A stretch of DNA of 64,000 bases, taken from NCBI GenBank assembly GCA_963706905.1, contig CAVPNY010000019.1, positions 27,458-91,457 of the forward strand, in the 5' to 3' direction. This document shows positions 41,235-50,050 of this stretch, in pieces. The notes under the pieces are model-generated. The model saw only the letters and a list, made by a program, of their open reading frames with translations. It ran no database searches and had not been told where the DNA came from. The DNA is from an uncultured Chloroflexia bacterium. Lineage in GTDB: Bacteria; Chloroflexota; Anaerolineae; Anaerolineales; UBA4823. The translations under genes were made by a program, and so were the position numbers. The first letter of the stretch is position 1. Each line of letters starts with the position of its first letter.

Positions 41235-42994
41235 TGAGAGGTCAAAGCGCGCCAGCCAGATCTGGCTCCATTCGCCGGTTTCGTGCCAACATTATTCAAA
41301 GCGCGCACCCGCCAGAAATAATCCTGGCCAGCCGCGGGCGTGAAGGGGTTGCTGGAGGTCGGAGCGGCGTGTGTGCTTTCAGTATCGACTTCCCAGACAA
41401 TATCCGCGGGATCAAACAAAGGATCGGTGCAAACCTGCAGGCGGTAAGCGTCGGCATACGTGCCTCCTCCTTCTGCAGGCGAATTGGTCAAGCGATGCCA
41501 GTAAAACACAGGCAAGGCCACGGTGCGATCGACATGCGGCTGCATGGTGACGCTTTGGTCAGGTGCTGGGAAATTATTCGGTTCGTAATAAAAGTCCGGG
41601 AAGACTGGATCCGGGGCGATGGCATCAGCTGAGGAGTCATAAGAGAAAACCAAACTCTCTTTACCCTGTTTACCACTCCCGTCAAAAGGAGTAACTCGCC
41701 AATAGTAGATCTCATCGGTTCCAATATAATTCGTCGGTGTATAAAAGGTGTTTGAAGTATATGCTGGCAAATTAGAAATCGGATAGGGAGGCACAAAATC
41801 CTGTTCGTCGTCAAGCTCAAATTTATAATAGCTGGCGCCTGGCACCGGGCTCCATGAGAAGGTTGGGATGCGCACATGCTGGTAGTTGTTGACCGGGGTA
41901 AGCAGCACCGGGCGGATATACCATTTCTTGATGAACGACCACACTGCGCTCCAATCGGAGATCGAGTTGCCCGAGTAGGTGCGCACCCGCCAGTAGTAGT
42001 TCTTGTCATTGGGCAGGGTGACCAGCGGCGTGTAGGTGGTGTTACGCGTATCGATGGTGGTAGTATCGGCATTAAAGGTCGGGTCGGTGGAATACTGCAG
42101 CTTGTAGAACTGCGCCCCGCGCACCGCCTTCCAGCGAAAAGTGGGGGTGAAAGTCGGATTAGAGAAATTCTCCGGCTCGATCAGCTCCGGGATTTGATTG
42201 TAGCTGACGTTGAAGGAGCGTACCTCGCTGTAGGTGCCCTCGCGGCTCTTGGGGTCGAGCGGGATCACCCGCCAGTAGAATGTGCCGTTGGCCAGCTTGA
42301 GCGCTGGCTGGTGGGATGTCGCCAGAGTGGTTTGATTGTAGACCAGGGCGCTGAAATCGTATGAGGTGGCGATTTGCAGGCGGTAGAGGCCCGCGCCGAT
42401 CACCGCTGCCCAGCTAAACGTAGGCGCATCGAAGAATTCCAGGCTGGCGCCTTCCTCAGGGGACTGTAATATGGGCAAATTGTCCGGGCTGGCCCACTGG
42501 CGGGTGAAGAACCCGATATCGGAGTAATTACCGGCAGCCGGAGCATCCACCCGCACCCGCCAGTACCATAAACCATCATTGAAATTGGCCACATTGGGCG
42601 GCGTGAAGCGTGTTTGCGGGGTGGTGAACTCGAACTTGACGCTGAAAGCGATATCCTGGCTGATCTGCAGGCGGTAATTGGTGGCGTCTTTCACCGCGCT
42701 CCAGGCAAATTCGGGAATGGCAACCGGCGGTTGGGCAGTTTCACCTGTCCCGCTGGCGGTGATAGTGACGCTGTTGGCGGGTTGGAACAGGGAGGGGGCC
42801 TCTGCCGCAGAAATCGGAGTCTGCATGAACGGCGCCAGGAAGCTGCTCAACAGGGTCAGGATGATCCCAAGGCTGATGAAGAAGCGCCTTCCAATGGAAA
42901 AGTTTCTTTGTCGTCGCATAGTGGTAATCAGTGTTTGACTGCTCATTTTTTCCCCTTGAATGGGATGCGTCTGGGATTGGGTACCGTTTTTCAT
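41225..42994 (-). CDS. Giant YYWRV-repeat surface protein, fragment 1 (N-terminal, signal/TM anchor)
   Basis: N-terminal hydrophobic segment (FFISLGIILTLLSSFLAPF), then five modules ending LWYWRVRV, FYWRVIPL, YYWRVRTY, YYWRVTPF and YFWRVRAL. Confidence 0.8.
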   Translation of the reverse strand: MKNGTQSQTHPIQGEKMSSQTLITTMRRQRNFSIGRRFFISLGIILTLLSSFLAPFMQTPISAAEAPSLFQPANSVTITASGTGETAQPPVAIPEFAWSAVKDATNYRLQISQDIAFSVKFEFTTPQTRFTPPNVANFNDGLWYWRVRVDAPAAGNYSDIGFFTRQWASPDNLPILQSPEEGASLEFFDAPTFSWAAVIGAGLYRLQIATSYDFSALVYNQTTLATSHQPALKLANGTFYWRVIPLDPKSREGTYSEVRSFNVSYNQIPELIEPENFSNPTFTPTFRWKAVRGAQFYKLQYSTDPTFNADTTTIDTRNTTYTPLVTLPNDKNYYWRVRTYSGNSISDWSAVWSFIKKWYIRPVLLTPVNNYQHVRIPTFSWSPVPGASYYKFELDDEQDFVPPYPISNLPAYTSNTFYTPTNYIGTDEIYYWRVTPFDGSGKQGKESLVFSYDSSADAIAPDPVFPDFYYEPNNFPAPDQSVTMQPHVDRTVALPVFYWHRLTNSPAEGGGTYADAYRLQVCTDPLFDPADIVWEVDTESTHAAPTSSNPFTPAAGQDYFWRVRALNNVGTKPANGARSGWRALTSHWG

Positions 42995-43310
42995 GCTTAA
43001 TTTCTAAAGCCAGGTGGACAGATCAGGATCACCTGTCCACCTCCCATTTTATAGGTTCATCCCCGCTTCGTTAAATATAGAACTGTTGAGTTGGATTACA
43101 GTTTTGTAAGAATCAGGTGCAAGTGGTGTGAGCTCTTCTGATGATATTTCCGCCCTGGTGCGTCGAATTGTGGGGTGTTGAGTCATAACCGCTTATCCGC
43201 TGGCTGTGTCAACTATTCATTACATATTCTTGAAATATTCACGAATACTTCACATCTACCGGTTAAGATTGGTTTCATCAAAAAGGGGTACCTTGCTGGA
43301 GGACGACGAT

Positions 43311-43934
43311 ATGAGAAAAACTGGTGAGATTTCGGGACAAACCCGGCGTAACTGGCTGACCGACGCACTGCTTTTCAGCAGTGCCCTGCTGGCTGCGCTT
43401 TCCGGGATCTACTTCCTGTTCCTGCCGCGCGGCGGTTACCAGGGCGGGCGCAATCCCTGGTACGGTGTCACGATTCTCTTCACCCGCCACACCTGGGATG
43501 ATATCCATACCTGGGCAGGGGTGGCGATGATCGCTATCGTGGTCATACACCTGTCCCTGCACTGGTCCTGGGTGGTGAGCATGGCGCGGCGCACCGTTCG
43601 CGAGCTGCGCGGCCAGGTGGGCGCCATGAACGTCCGCGGGCGATTCAACCTGGCGCTTAATCTGATTGTGGCGTTGAGCTTCCTGGTATGCGCGCTGAGC
43701 GGGATTTACTTCCTGTATTTTCCCGGCAATCAGGCTGTGGCTGACCCTGGCCTTCTGTTCAGCCGCCTGACCTGGGATCTGCTCCACACCTGGAGCGCCA
43801 TCCTGCTGATCGTCACTGCCGTGCTGCACTTTGCCATCCATTGGAGATGGGCGGTCAAAGTGACGCGTAGCGTCCTCTCCCAGAACGGCCCGGGCCTCAA
43901 GCTGGCTGATCAGGCTAATCTGGCTCAGAAATAA
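43311..43934 (+). CDS. DUF4405-like four-TM membrane protein (duplicated His-containing halves)
   Basis: Two similar halves: ...HTWDDIHTWAGVAMIAIVVIHLSLHWSW and ...LTWDLLHTWSAILLIVTAVLHFAIHWRW. Start at ATG 43311, with GGAGG 8 nt upstream; the ORF-track start is 43206. Confidence 0.7.
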   Translation: MRKTGEISGQTRRNWLTDALLFSSALLAALSGIYFLFLPRGGYQGGRNPWYGVTILFTRHTWDDIHTWAGVAMIAIVVIHLSLHWSWVVSMARRTVRELRGQVGAMNVRGRFNLALNLIVALSFLVCALSGIYFLYFPGNQAVADPGLLFSRLTWDLLHTWSAILLIVTAVLHFAIHWRWAVKVTRSVLSQNGPGLKLADQANLAQK

Positions 43935-43975
43935 CACTCAACAAATAAAAGATTCAATCGAAAGGGTAAATAATC

Positions 43976-44737
43976 ATGGCGAAGAAAATAATTCTCGGTG
44001 TATTGTTAGCTGGTTTGGTTGGCTTGCTGGTATGGGGCGGGGTCAATCGCACTCTGGCCAGAACAGAAGAGACCCCGCGTGGGGGACAGTCGGAATCCCT
44101 GTACGGTGGAAACGGTCAGGGCTTGAGCGAGCAGGCAAATGAGATCGACGCAGGTTTGGGTGGGCAGGGATTTGGCGCCAGTGCTGGCCAGGACGGCGAG
44201 CAAGCAGCATTCCCCCAAAACGCGACCGGTCGAGGTCAGGGCGGGCAGGGGATTGGAGCTGGTACTGGTCAGGGTAGCGATCAGGCGGCCTCCCCCCTCA
44301 ACGCGTCCGGTCAAGGCCAGGGCGGGCAGGGCGGTGGAGCTGGCAGTGGTGGCCAAGGGCAGGGCGGGCAGGGGACTGGTGGCGGAGCTCGCGGAGCTGG
44401 TGGTCAGTCTGGACTGGCCGAATCCGGCGGCTATCCCCAGGTGGAAGTCGCTGAGTGGGTCACCCTGCAGGGGACTGTGGAGAGCGTGAGTGTGGACGAG
44501 GCATTGATTGCAGCTTCCACGGGCGAGACCATCATCCTGGATGGGCGCGCCTGGTCCTTTGCTCAGGAAGCTGGTTTTTCCATTCAGACTGGCGAGGAAG
44601 TCAGCTTGACTGGTTTCTACGAAGAGGGTGAATTTGAAATCGGTTTGGTGGAAGACCTCACCAGCGGGCAGTCCATCCAGCTACGCGAGCAGAGCGGTCG
44701 CCCGGCCTGGGCTGGCAATGGTCGCTGGAATAAGTAA
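43976..44737 (+). CDS. Membrane-anchored Gly/Gln-rich repeat protein with C-terminal beta (OB-like) domain
   Basis: N-terminal TM helix (IILGVLLAGLVGLLVWGG). About 120 aa of G-Q-G repeats follow (NATGRGQGGQGIGAGTGQGSDQ / NASGQGQGGQGGGAGSGGQGQGG), then VTLQGTVESVSVDEALIAASTGETIILDGRAWSFA...GEEVSLTGFYEEGEFEIGLVED. Confidence 0.65.
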   Translation: MAKKIILGVLLAGLVGLLVWGGVNRTLARTEETPRGGQSESLYGGNGQGLSEQANEIDAGLGGQGFGASAGQDGEQAAFPQNATGRGQGGQGIGAGTGQGSDQAASPLNASGQGQGGQGGGAGSGGQGQGGQGTGGGARGAGGQSGLAESGGYPQVEVAEWVTLQGTVESVSVDEALIAASTGETIILDGRAWSFAQEAGFSIQTGEEVSLTGFYEEGEFEIGLVEDLTSGQSIQLREQSGRPAWAGNGRWNK

Positions 44738-44762
44738 ACAGCTAATCACCAGATACGAAAAA

Positions 44763-44789
44763 ATGCGGGCAATTCAAAGATGCCCGCAT
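44763..44789. terminator. Bidirectional intrinsic terminator between convergent genes
   Basis: ATGCGGGCA / TGCCCGCAT stem with a 9-nt loop. It is flanked by an A-run upstream and TTTTTT downstream. Confidence 0.75.
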
Positions 44790-44813
44790 TTTTTCATTTC
44801 TAAGAACATTCCT

Positions 44814-45788
44814 TTAACGGATCAGCTCCATCAGCTTTGGATACACAACGTCCACCCGCGCATCCGGGTGGGTGGGCCGGATCAGGTCGTGCGGCAGCTC
44901 CAGCGATTTCTCGAATTGATAAGAGCTGACCAGCTCCTCCCCGTAGGCTGCCCAGGTGTGAAGAAAATCAACAATGGCGGGGTAGCTCACCGCCTTATCA
45001 TCAGCGTTGCTGATCATCACGATTTTTTCTGCCGCTGGCCGGGTTTTCCTGGCTTGCGCGCCGGCTGACAACGCCAACCGCAGGATTTCTAACACGGCGT
45101 GCACCGGAAAGCGCCTATCGGAGTATGGCGCTGAAAAGGGATTGTTCACCTTGTTGACCGGGTCCCACCAGAAAAAGAAGTCCGGCAGGCGCCGCGCCAG
45201 GTGAGCCAGGGCGTGGCTGAGAAAAGGCGGCATCATAAAAATCCCCAGGAATGGCGAGATCGGCACTGCCAACGCCACATCCGCCCGGTTTTGAGACAGC
45301 CAGACGGTCATGGCGCCGCCGCAGGATAAGCCGCTCACGATAACCCGCTCGCCCAGTCCCTGGGCAATATCAGCGGCCTGCATGGCGGCCTCGGCCAGCT
45401 CTTCAGCGGTCATGCCTTGGAGTGAATTGCCCAGCGGGTCCTGGTCTCCATGGCGCGGCAGGCGCGGGATGTATACGTTGTAACCCTGCTCGAAGTACAA
45501 CTTGCCGAGCTGGTCAAACTGATCCGGGCAGGCGGTGAAGCCGTGCAGGAAGACGATGGCGTTGTTCGCCCGCTCCCCGTGGGTGAAGGCGCGCGTGACG
45601 CACAGCGGGTGCACATTGGCTGCAGGCTCTTGCGCCTGGATGTCAGCGATGCGCTGCATGGCGTCGGCATAACTCTGCGCCGGGTTGGGGGAGAAGCTGC
45701 GTTTTAAGTGAAATGGGACGAGGCCGGCAACGATGATTGCCAGCACAATCAATAATATGATTCCCAATAGAATGTAAAGGATTGTCAT
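44814..45788 (-). CDS. Membrane-anchored alpha/beta hydrolase
   Basis: N-terminal TM helix, HG oxyanion motif (VFLHGFTACP) and nucleophile elbow SGLSCGG. 324 aa. Confidence 0.8.
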   Translation of the reverse strand: MTILYILLGIILLIVLAIIVAGLVPFHLKRSFSPNPAQSYADAMQRIADIQAQEPAANVHPLCVTRAFTHGERANNAIVFLHGFTACPDQFDQLGKLYFEQGYNVYIPRLPRHGDQDPLGNSLQGMTAEELAEAAMQAADIAQGLGERVIVSGLSCGGAMTVWLSQNRADVALAVPISPFLGIFMMPPFLSHALAHLARRLPDFFFWWDPVNKVNNPFSAPYSDRRFPVHAVLEILRLALSAGAQARKTRPAAEKIVMISNADDKAVSYPAIVDFLHTWAAYGEELVSSYQFEKSLELPHDLIRPTHPDARVDVVYPKLMELIR

Positions 45789-45877
45789 CAGCCACCTGGT
45801 GAGGGTATTGTATCAGTGAAGCGAGTTTCTATTAATACCTCAAAAAGCGACTTAGATGCTGCTTTGCCGTTTCTCAG

Positions 45878-46333
45878 TCAGCCTTCTGCAGTAAGCGGGT
45901 AGAGGATTAGCGTCTTCAGCTCTTGTGGCGGCGTCTGAGCCGAGTCGTTTAGATATATTTCGTACACCAGACCAGATGGTGTATACCCCTTGTCTGCCAT
46001 CCACTGGTTGAGCGCGTCGTACGCTGTGCCCAGCTCGCTGCACGGCCCGGTGTACAGGCAGGTGGCATAGCTGCCCCCGGATATCTCGCCGGGCAGGATT
46101 TGGTCTTTACCGGGCAAGCTTCTGGCAACGGGGAAACCGATCCCCACCTCCAGGTCCTGCATATCCATATTGTAATAGGCCACGAAAGGCGCCCCGGCTG
46201 GCTGCTCGCCCAGCTCGACCAGGTAGCCGGCGATAGCGCCGTACCACTGACCGAGCACCTCAGGCAGCTCTTCCACGCGAGTCCTGACCCGCACTGCCAG
46301 GGTAGGCTGTGCAGGCAACTCCTCTGTATTCAC
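45878..46333 (-). CDS. GyrI-like small-molecule-binding domain protein
   Basis: 151 aa. The pattern ...LAVRVRT....L........Y..I..YL...G....G.PF..Y......D.EVG.PV...............GG.YA...Y.GP...L...Y..L..W....GY......EIYL is typical of GyrI-like/AraC effector-binding domains. Confidence 0.7.
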   Translation of the reverse strand: MNTEELPAQPTLAVRVRTRVEELPEVLGQWYGAIAGYLVELGEQPAGAPFVAYYNMDMQDLEVGIGFPVARSLPGKDQILPGEISGGSYATCLYTGPCSELGTAYDALNQWMADKGYTPSGLVYEIYLNDSAQTPPQELKTLILYPLTAEG

Positions 46334-46397
46334 AAGTTATTGACATAGTGCGATTCCTGTTGCGTATAGATTAATGTCTCTTGCTGGTTTGTTTCAA

Positions 46398-46603
46398 CGT
46401 CCACAAGGGGCTAAGCTACACTTCACATGGCCTTGTGCCCGTTGTTTTGGTTCGCCTTACGCACACAAGGGGCTATACTACACCTCAGGAGAGCGGTGCC
46501 CGTTGTTTTGGTTCGCCCTACGCCCACAAGGGGCTATACTACACCTCAGGAGGGCGGTGCCCGTTGTTTTGGTTCGCCCTTCGCCCACAAGGGGCTATAC
46601 TAC
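46398..46603 (-). repeat. Tandem ~61-bp repeat (3.5 units) containing the same 22-bp motif as 7909-8139, in the opposite orientation
   Basis: CGTCCACAAGGGGCTAAGCTAC (46398), CGCACACAAGGGGCTATACTAC (46460) and CGCCCACAAGGGGCTATACTAC (46521 and 46582). These are the reverse complement of GTAGTATAGCCCCTTGTGGGCG. The inter-motif segments are nearly identical (ACCTCAGGAG(A/G)GCGGTGCCCGTTGTTTTGGTTCGCCC). Confidence 0.9.
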
Positions 46604-46620
46604 ACCTCACGTGGGCTGTG

Positions 46621-47124
46621 CTACGCCGGTGTAATCGGTGAGCTCGGGGTGCTTGGTGGAATCGGTGAGCTCTGCCCGCCTTTGAAGATCAGCGTGCCCA
46701 GCATACCACCGACTACGCCGAAGAACGAGTAAAACACCAGGTTGGTAATCAGTTCAAAGAACGAGAAACCAGTGCGCGCTTCGAGCATACCGGTCAAGGG
46801 TCCCAAATCCGTGCCGGACCCCTGGACGAGGTTGAGTGCCTGGCTGATAAACTGCGACGAAATCGGGCCGATTATGGCAGCCAGAATGGTCCCCAGGACG
46901 GCGCTGACCAGGCCGGCTACCAATCCGACCAGCACACCCTGTGTGAGGGTGGTTGGACCGACCGAGTTGTCGAAGCGGCGGTAAAGAAACACAGCGAAGA
47001 TGCCGCCCACCCAGACCCATAAGCACAGGCAGCAGTTGAGAATGCTGACTATTGGCAGCTCGGAGAATAATGCCATAAGGACGCCGGCGATCAGGCCAGA
47101 CAGGAGCAGGGCGCGTGTGTTCAT
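46621..47124 (-). CDS. Small integral membrane protein, function unknown
   Basis: About 4 TM helices (ALLLSGLIAGVLMALF, CLCLWVWVGGIFAVFLY, GVLVGLVAGLVSAVLGTILAAII, VFYSFFGVVGGMLGTLIF). Start at ATG 47124. Confidence 0.6.
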   Translation of the reverse strand: MNTRALLLSGLIAGVLMALFSELPIVSILNCCLCLWVWVGGIFAVFLYRRFDNSVGPTTLTQGVLVGLVAGLVSAVLGTILAAIIGPISSQFISQALNLVQGSGTDLGPLTGMLEARTGFSFFELITNLVFYSFFGVVGGMLGTLIFKGGQSSPIPPSTPSSPITPA

Positions 47125-47352
47125 CTTTTTCCTCCAAGAATATTGTTCCACACCGGTTGAATGGGTGGCTATGAATGGGTTTCCTCTTAGAATGTTATAT
47201 CTGAATTTCCTAAAAAGTCAACTGATGCGCGCAAGAAAGCCAGGGCATTCTCCCTTTGGCTTTCCCTGGCATGTCCACTGGCGCGGGACTGTTCAATTGG
47301 CTGCTGGATCGGGGTTGGGGTGACTGATTCGGAATCCGTCGGTGTGGGAATC

Positions 47353-48477
47353 TCAGCTGTCTATCCAGGATACTGTGCCATTCGGGCTGGGTGACTTGCC
47401 TGTCGCAGGCGCATCCCTGAGCATCGGCATCAACAGGATTGTTTCGGGGGGCGCTGGCAACAGGCTGAACCACTGCCCGGCCAGTGGGTCGGTCGAGAAG
47501 AAAGTGAGCAGTTTTTGGGAGACTTTTAGATTGCCGGATTTGGATGGATGCACGGCGTCATCGGTGTAGTCGGTGCACTCCCAGGTCAGGCCCTCGCTGT
47601 TGGGGGTCAAGCCATCTGCCCACAGGTAAGGTCCCCATAATAAAACCGGCGCGTTGGCGTAGGTAACTCCGGTCAATGGGCCGCCATTGATCTGATCCTG
47701 GATCAACCAGTGGTTGGAAAATCCACCTTCATAGGCAAACGGCTCGGGGCTTTGCGGGGAAAGGCTGTAACCAGCATAGATGCGGCTGGAGAGATAGACA
47801 ATTTGAACGTTTGGGTAATCTTGTTTGAGGCGCCTGGCGATCACCGCCATTTCATCTCGCAGGCGATAGGCGAACACAGGGAAATCGTCCGCGCCGGGTT
47901 TGGGACCCATCTCGGTCAGCTTCATCCACACCACTTGAATCTGGGAGGCTGTAAGACCGGCGTTCTGGATTTGCTGGTTGAAATTGATCCATGGATCGCG
48001 CGATTCGGTGGGATAAGCCCACCAGTAGGCGGTCATCGAAGCCTGTGCGCCGTTGACCGCGATCACAGCCGGCGCTTTCAAGGGAGAATTTTGGATCAAC
48101 GTTTGAAAAGTGTAGAATTCGGAAGATGTATTCGACATACCCAACGAGATAAGCCCAATTTTCCCGTCTGCAGCCGGCGTGCCATCCGCGAGGCGCGGGG
48201 TGATAGCCGCATTGGCGGCCTTGGCTTTTTGCCAGTGACTCTGTGGCGGGGTGTTATTGCCATCCCTGTACAACCCGCCATTGACCTTATCAGGGTGTTC
48301 GGCGTTGGGGTAGTAATCAGTCGCCTGCATCTCGATCAGCGGCTTGAATCCAACCGAGGTTTTTGCGCAGTCTTTCAGCGCCTCAGCCATTTGGGCAGGA
48401 TTGACCGAGAATAGAAAAACCGAGAGGATCAACCCGATCCCAAAAAGCGAAGAAACGACATGTCTCAACCAGTTCAT
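47353..48477 (-). CDS. Secreted hypothetical protein (possible esterase-like fold; unassigned)
   Basis: 374-aa ORF with an N-terminal signal/anchor (VVSSLFGIGLILSVFLFSV) and coding-like composition. I could not place it in a family with confidence. Confidence 0.5.
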   Translation of the reverse strand: MNWLRHVVSSLFGIGLILSVFLFSVNPAQMAEALKDCAKTSVGFKPLIEMQATDYYPNAEHPDKVNGGLYRDGNNTPPQSHWQKAKAANAAITPRLADGTPAADGKIGLISLGMSNTSSEFYTFQTLIQNSPLKAPAVIAVNGAQASMTAYWWAYPTESRDPWINFNQQIQNAGLTASQIQVVWMKLTEMGPKPGADDFPVFAYRLRDEMAVIARRLKQDYPNVQIVYLSSRIYAGYSLSPQSPEPFAYEGGFSNHWLIQDQINGGPLTGVTYANAPVLLWGPYLWADGLTPNSEGLTWECTDYTDDAVHPSKSGNLKVSQKLLTFFSTDPLAGQWFSLLPAPPETILLMPMLRDAPATGKSPSPNGTVSWIDS

Positions 48478-48622
48478 TAGCGCTTTTCCTTATTAAGCCT
48501 TCCCTTGACCAAATATAGAACTGAGAACGGACGGGATACCAGATGCCATTAACCTCCCAGTCTCCTGGTTGATTATACTAAACAGTTGTGAAGAAACGTG
48601 TAAGGGATGCGATTAAATCGAT

Positions 48623-49551
48623 TTACTTCGCCAGCGCGGCGATCTCTTGCTCGCTCAGCACACGGGAATAGATCCGCGCCTCGTCGATCAGCCCGTCCAG
48701 GTGCCAGTTGTACGTACTGTGCCATCCCAGGACCAGCGGTTGGGTATTGGCGACAAGTGGGCCGACTGCATTGGTGACGGTGGAATTAGAGCGCCATTCA
48801 TGTAAAGTTTGATCAGCGAGGCTGTGCTGGAAAGGTAATCGTATATCACCGCCACGTGGGTCCAGGTATTGGCGGAGAGCGACCGGGAGGATTTGGCGAT
48901 GGTCGAGGTGAAGTTGCCGCTAAAAACTTCCAGACATAATTTGTTTCCCGAATTGATATAAAAGTCAAATCCACGAATCTTAGAGGTTTGTTTGGCGAAG
49001 ATCGGTTGGTTCCTGCCGGTGCGATCAAGCTTAATCCAGGCGGAGAGGCTGAAGTGCTGGGCTGCATTGCTGCTTTTCGACGGGAATGATCCAACCAGCT
49101 CGGCATCGTTGCGAGCGGCATAATCATTTGTACCGTCCAGGCTAAGCGCGATGTTGCTCTGCCCGCTACTCCAGGCTGCGCCATTGGTTAAGGTTAACAT
49201 ATTTCCGTTGGTTGAGTTGTCATAAGCCTGTGTGCCGGCCCCTTCGTCGAATTTCCAGCGGGCGACATAATCCAGTGGCTCGCCGGCGGAGTGCGCTGTG
49301 GGGGTGAACGTGGGCGTAAGTGTTTGGGATGCGGTTGGGGTTGGAGTGGGCGTTCCGGTTGGGGTGGGATTATCGGTTGGGAAGAGTGTGCTTGTCGGGG
49401 ATGGCGTCTGGCTGGGGGCAGGGGGCACCGTTGGGCTTGGCGATGGGATCACCGTTTCACCTCCCCTAATGGACACATTGTCATAACAGCGCCCCGAAAA
49501 GTAAACCTGGTTTAACCCATCCGTGAGGTAGCGCACTGTGTCAAGGCTCAC
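48623..49551 (-). CDS. Multidomain exoprotein, fragment 3: Pro/Thr linker + LamG/concanavalin-like domain (frameshift near 48785)
   Basis: ...WKFDEGAGTQAYDNSTNGNMLTLTNGAAWSSG...ALSLDGTNDYA......FSLSAWIKL......IFAKQ.....F.FYINSGNKLCLEV......TWTHVAVIYD....LKLYMNGAL. The ORF track then ends at 48688. The +1 frame gives STVTNAVGPLVANTQPLVLGWHSTYNWHLDGLIDEARIYSRVLSEQEIAALAK-stop at 48623, the canonical LamG ending. Confidence 0.75.
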
Positions 49552-49555
49552 ATTG

Positions 49556-50023
49556 TTATCGAAGGGGAGATTTGATCAACCACTGCCCATTCACCGCAAC
49601 CTGGTAGGTATAGGTATCCAGGCTCGCCGTCACCAGGATTACAGCCGAACCGCTGACTGTCGCCAGGCTGGTATCTAGGCTGCCCCGCTGGTATGCCAGG
49701 GTTTCCTGCGCGCTGTTCAGTGCCATCCAGACCAGGTTAATACCCACACCGGCGTTCGGACTGGCGTCAGACATCAGCCCGGACTGCCCGAGCTGCATGA
49801 AATGGCGGTAGACTTTTTCGGTGCCAGTGCGCTTCCAGTCAAAATCGAACTGCCAGACTAGCTCGCCCTTGTCCACCACCGGGAAGGAATGGCTGACCAT
49901 TGGCCGGTTGGCCACGTCAGAGGTGTCCAGGAAGCACAGGCGATCACCCTGAATGCCAACCTGCGCGCCGCTAGTTTCCACTTCGACCCAGCCATTCCCC
50001 ACCCACTGCTGTCCGCCGGTCAA
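49556..50023 (-). CDS. Multidomain exoprotein, fragment 2: beta-rich domain of unknown family
   Basis: 155-aa ORF (…GGQQWVGNGWVEVETSGAQVGIQGDRLCFLD…YTYQVAVNGQW). It is joined to the upstream Pro/Thr linker if one C is added near 50031. Confidence 0.6.
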   Translation of the reverse strand: MTGGQQWVGNGWVEVETSGAQVGIQGDRLCFLDTSDVANRPMVSHSFPVVDKGELVWQFDFDWKRTGTEKVYRHFMQLGQSGLMSDASPNAGVGINLVWMALNSAQETLAYQRGSLDTSLATVSGSAVILVTASLDTYTYQVAVNGQWLIKSPLR

Positions 50024-50050
50024 AATGATCGGAGAACAACGTATTGTAAT

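Noticed and set aside
46374-46732. Three overlapping plus-strand ORFs (86, 86 and 101 aa)
   Set aside because: All three simply read through the 61-bp tandem repeat in different frames (repeating ...PTRGYTTPQE.. / ..HKGLYYTS..). This is a repeat artefact, not coding sequence.
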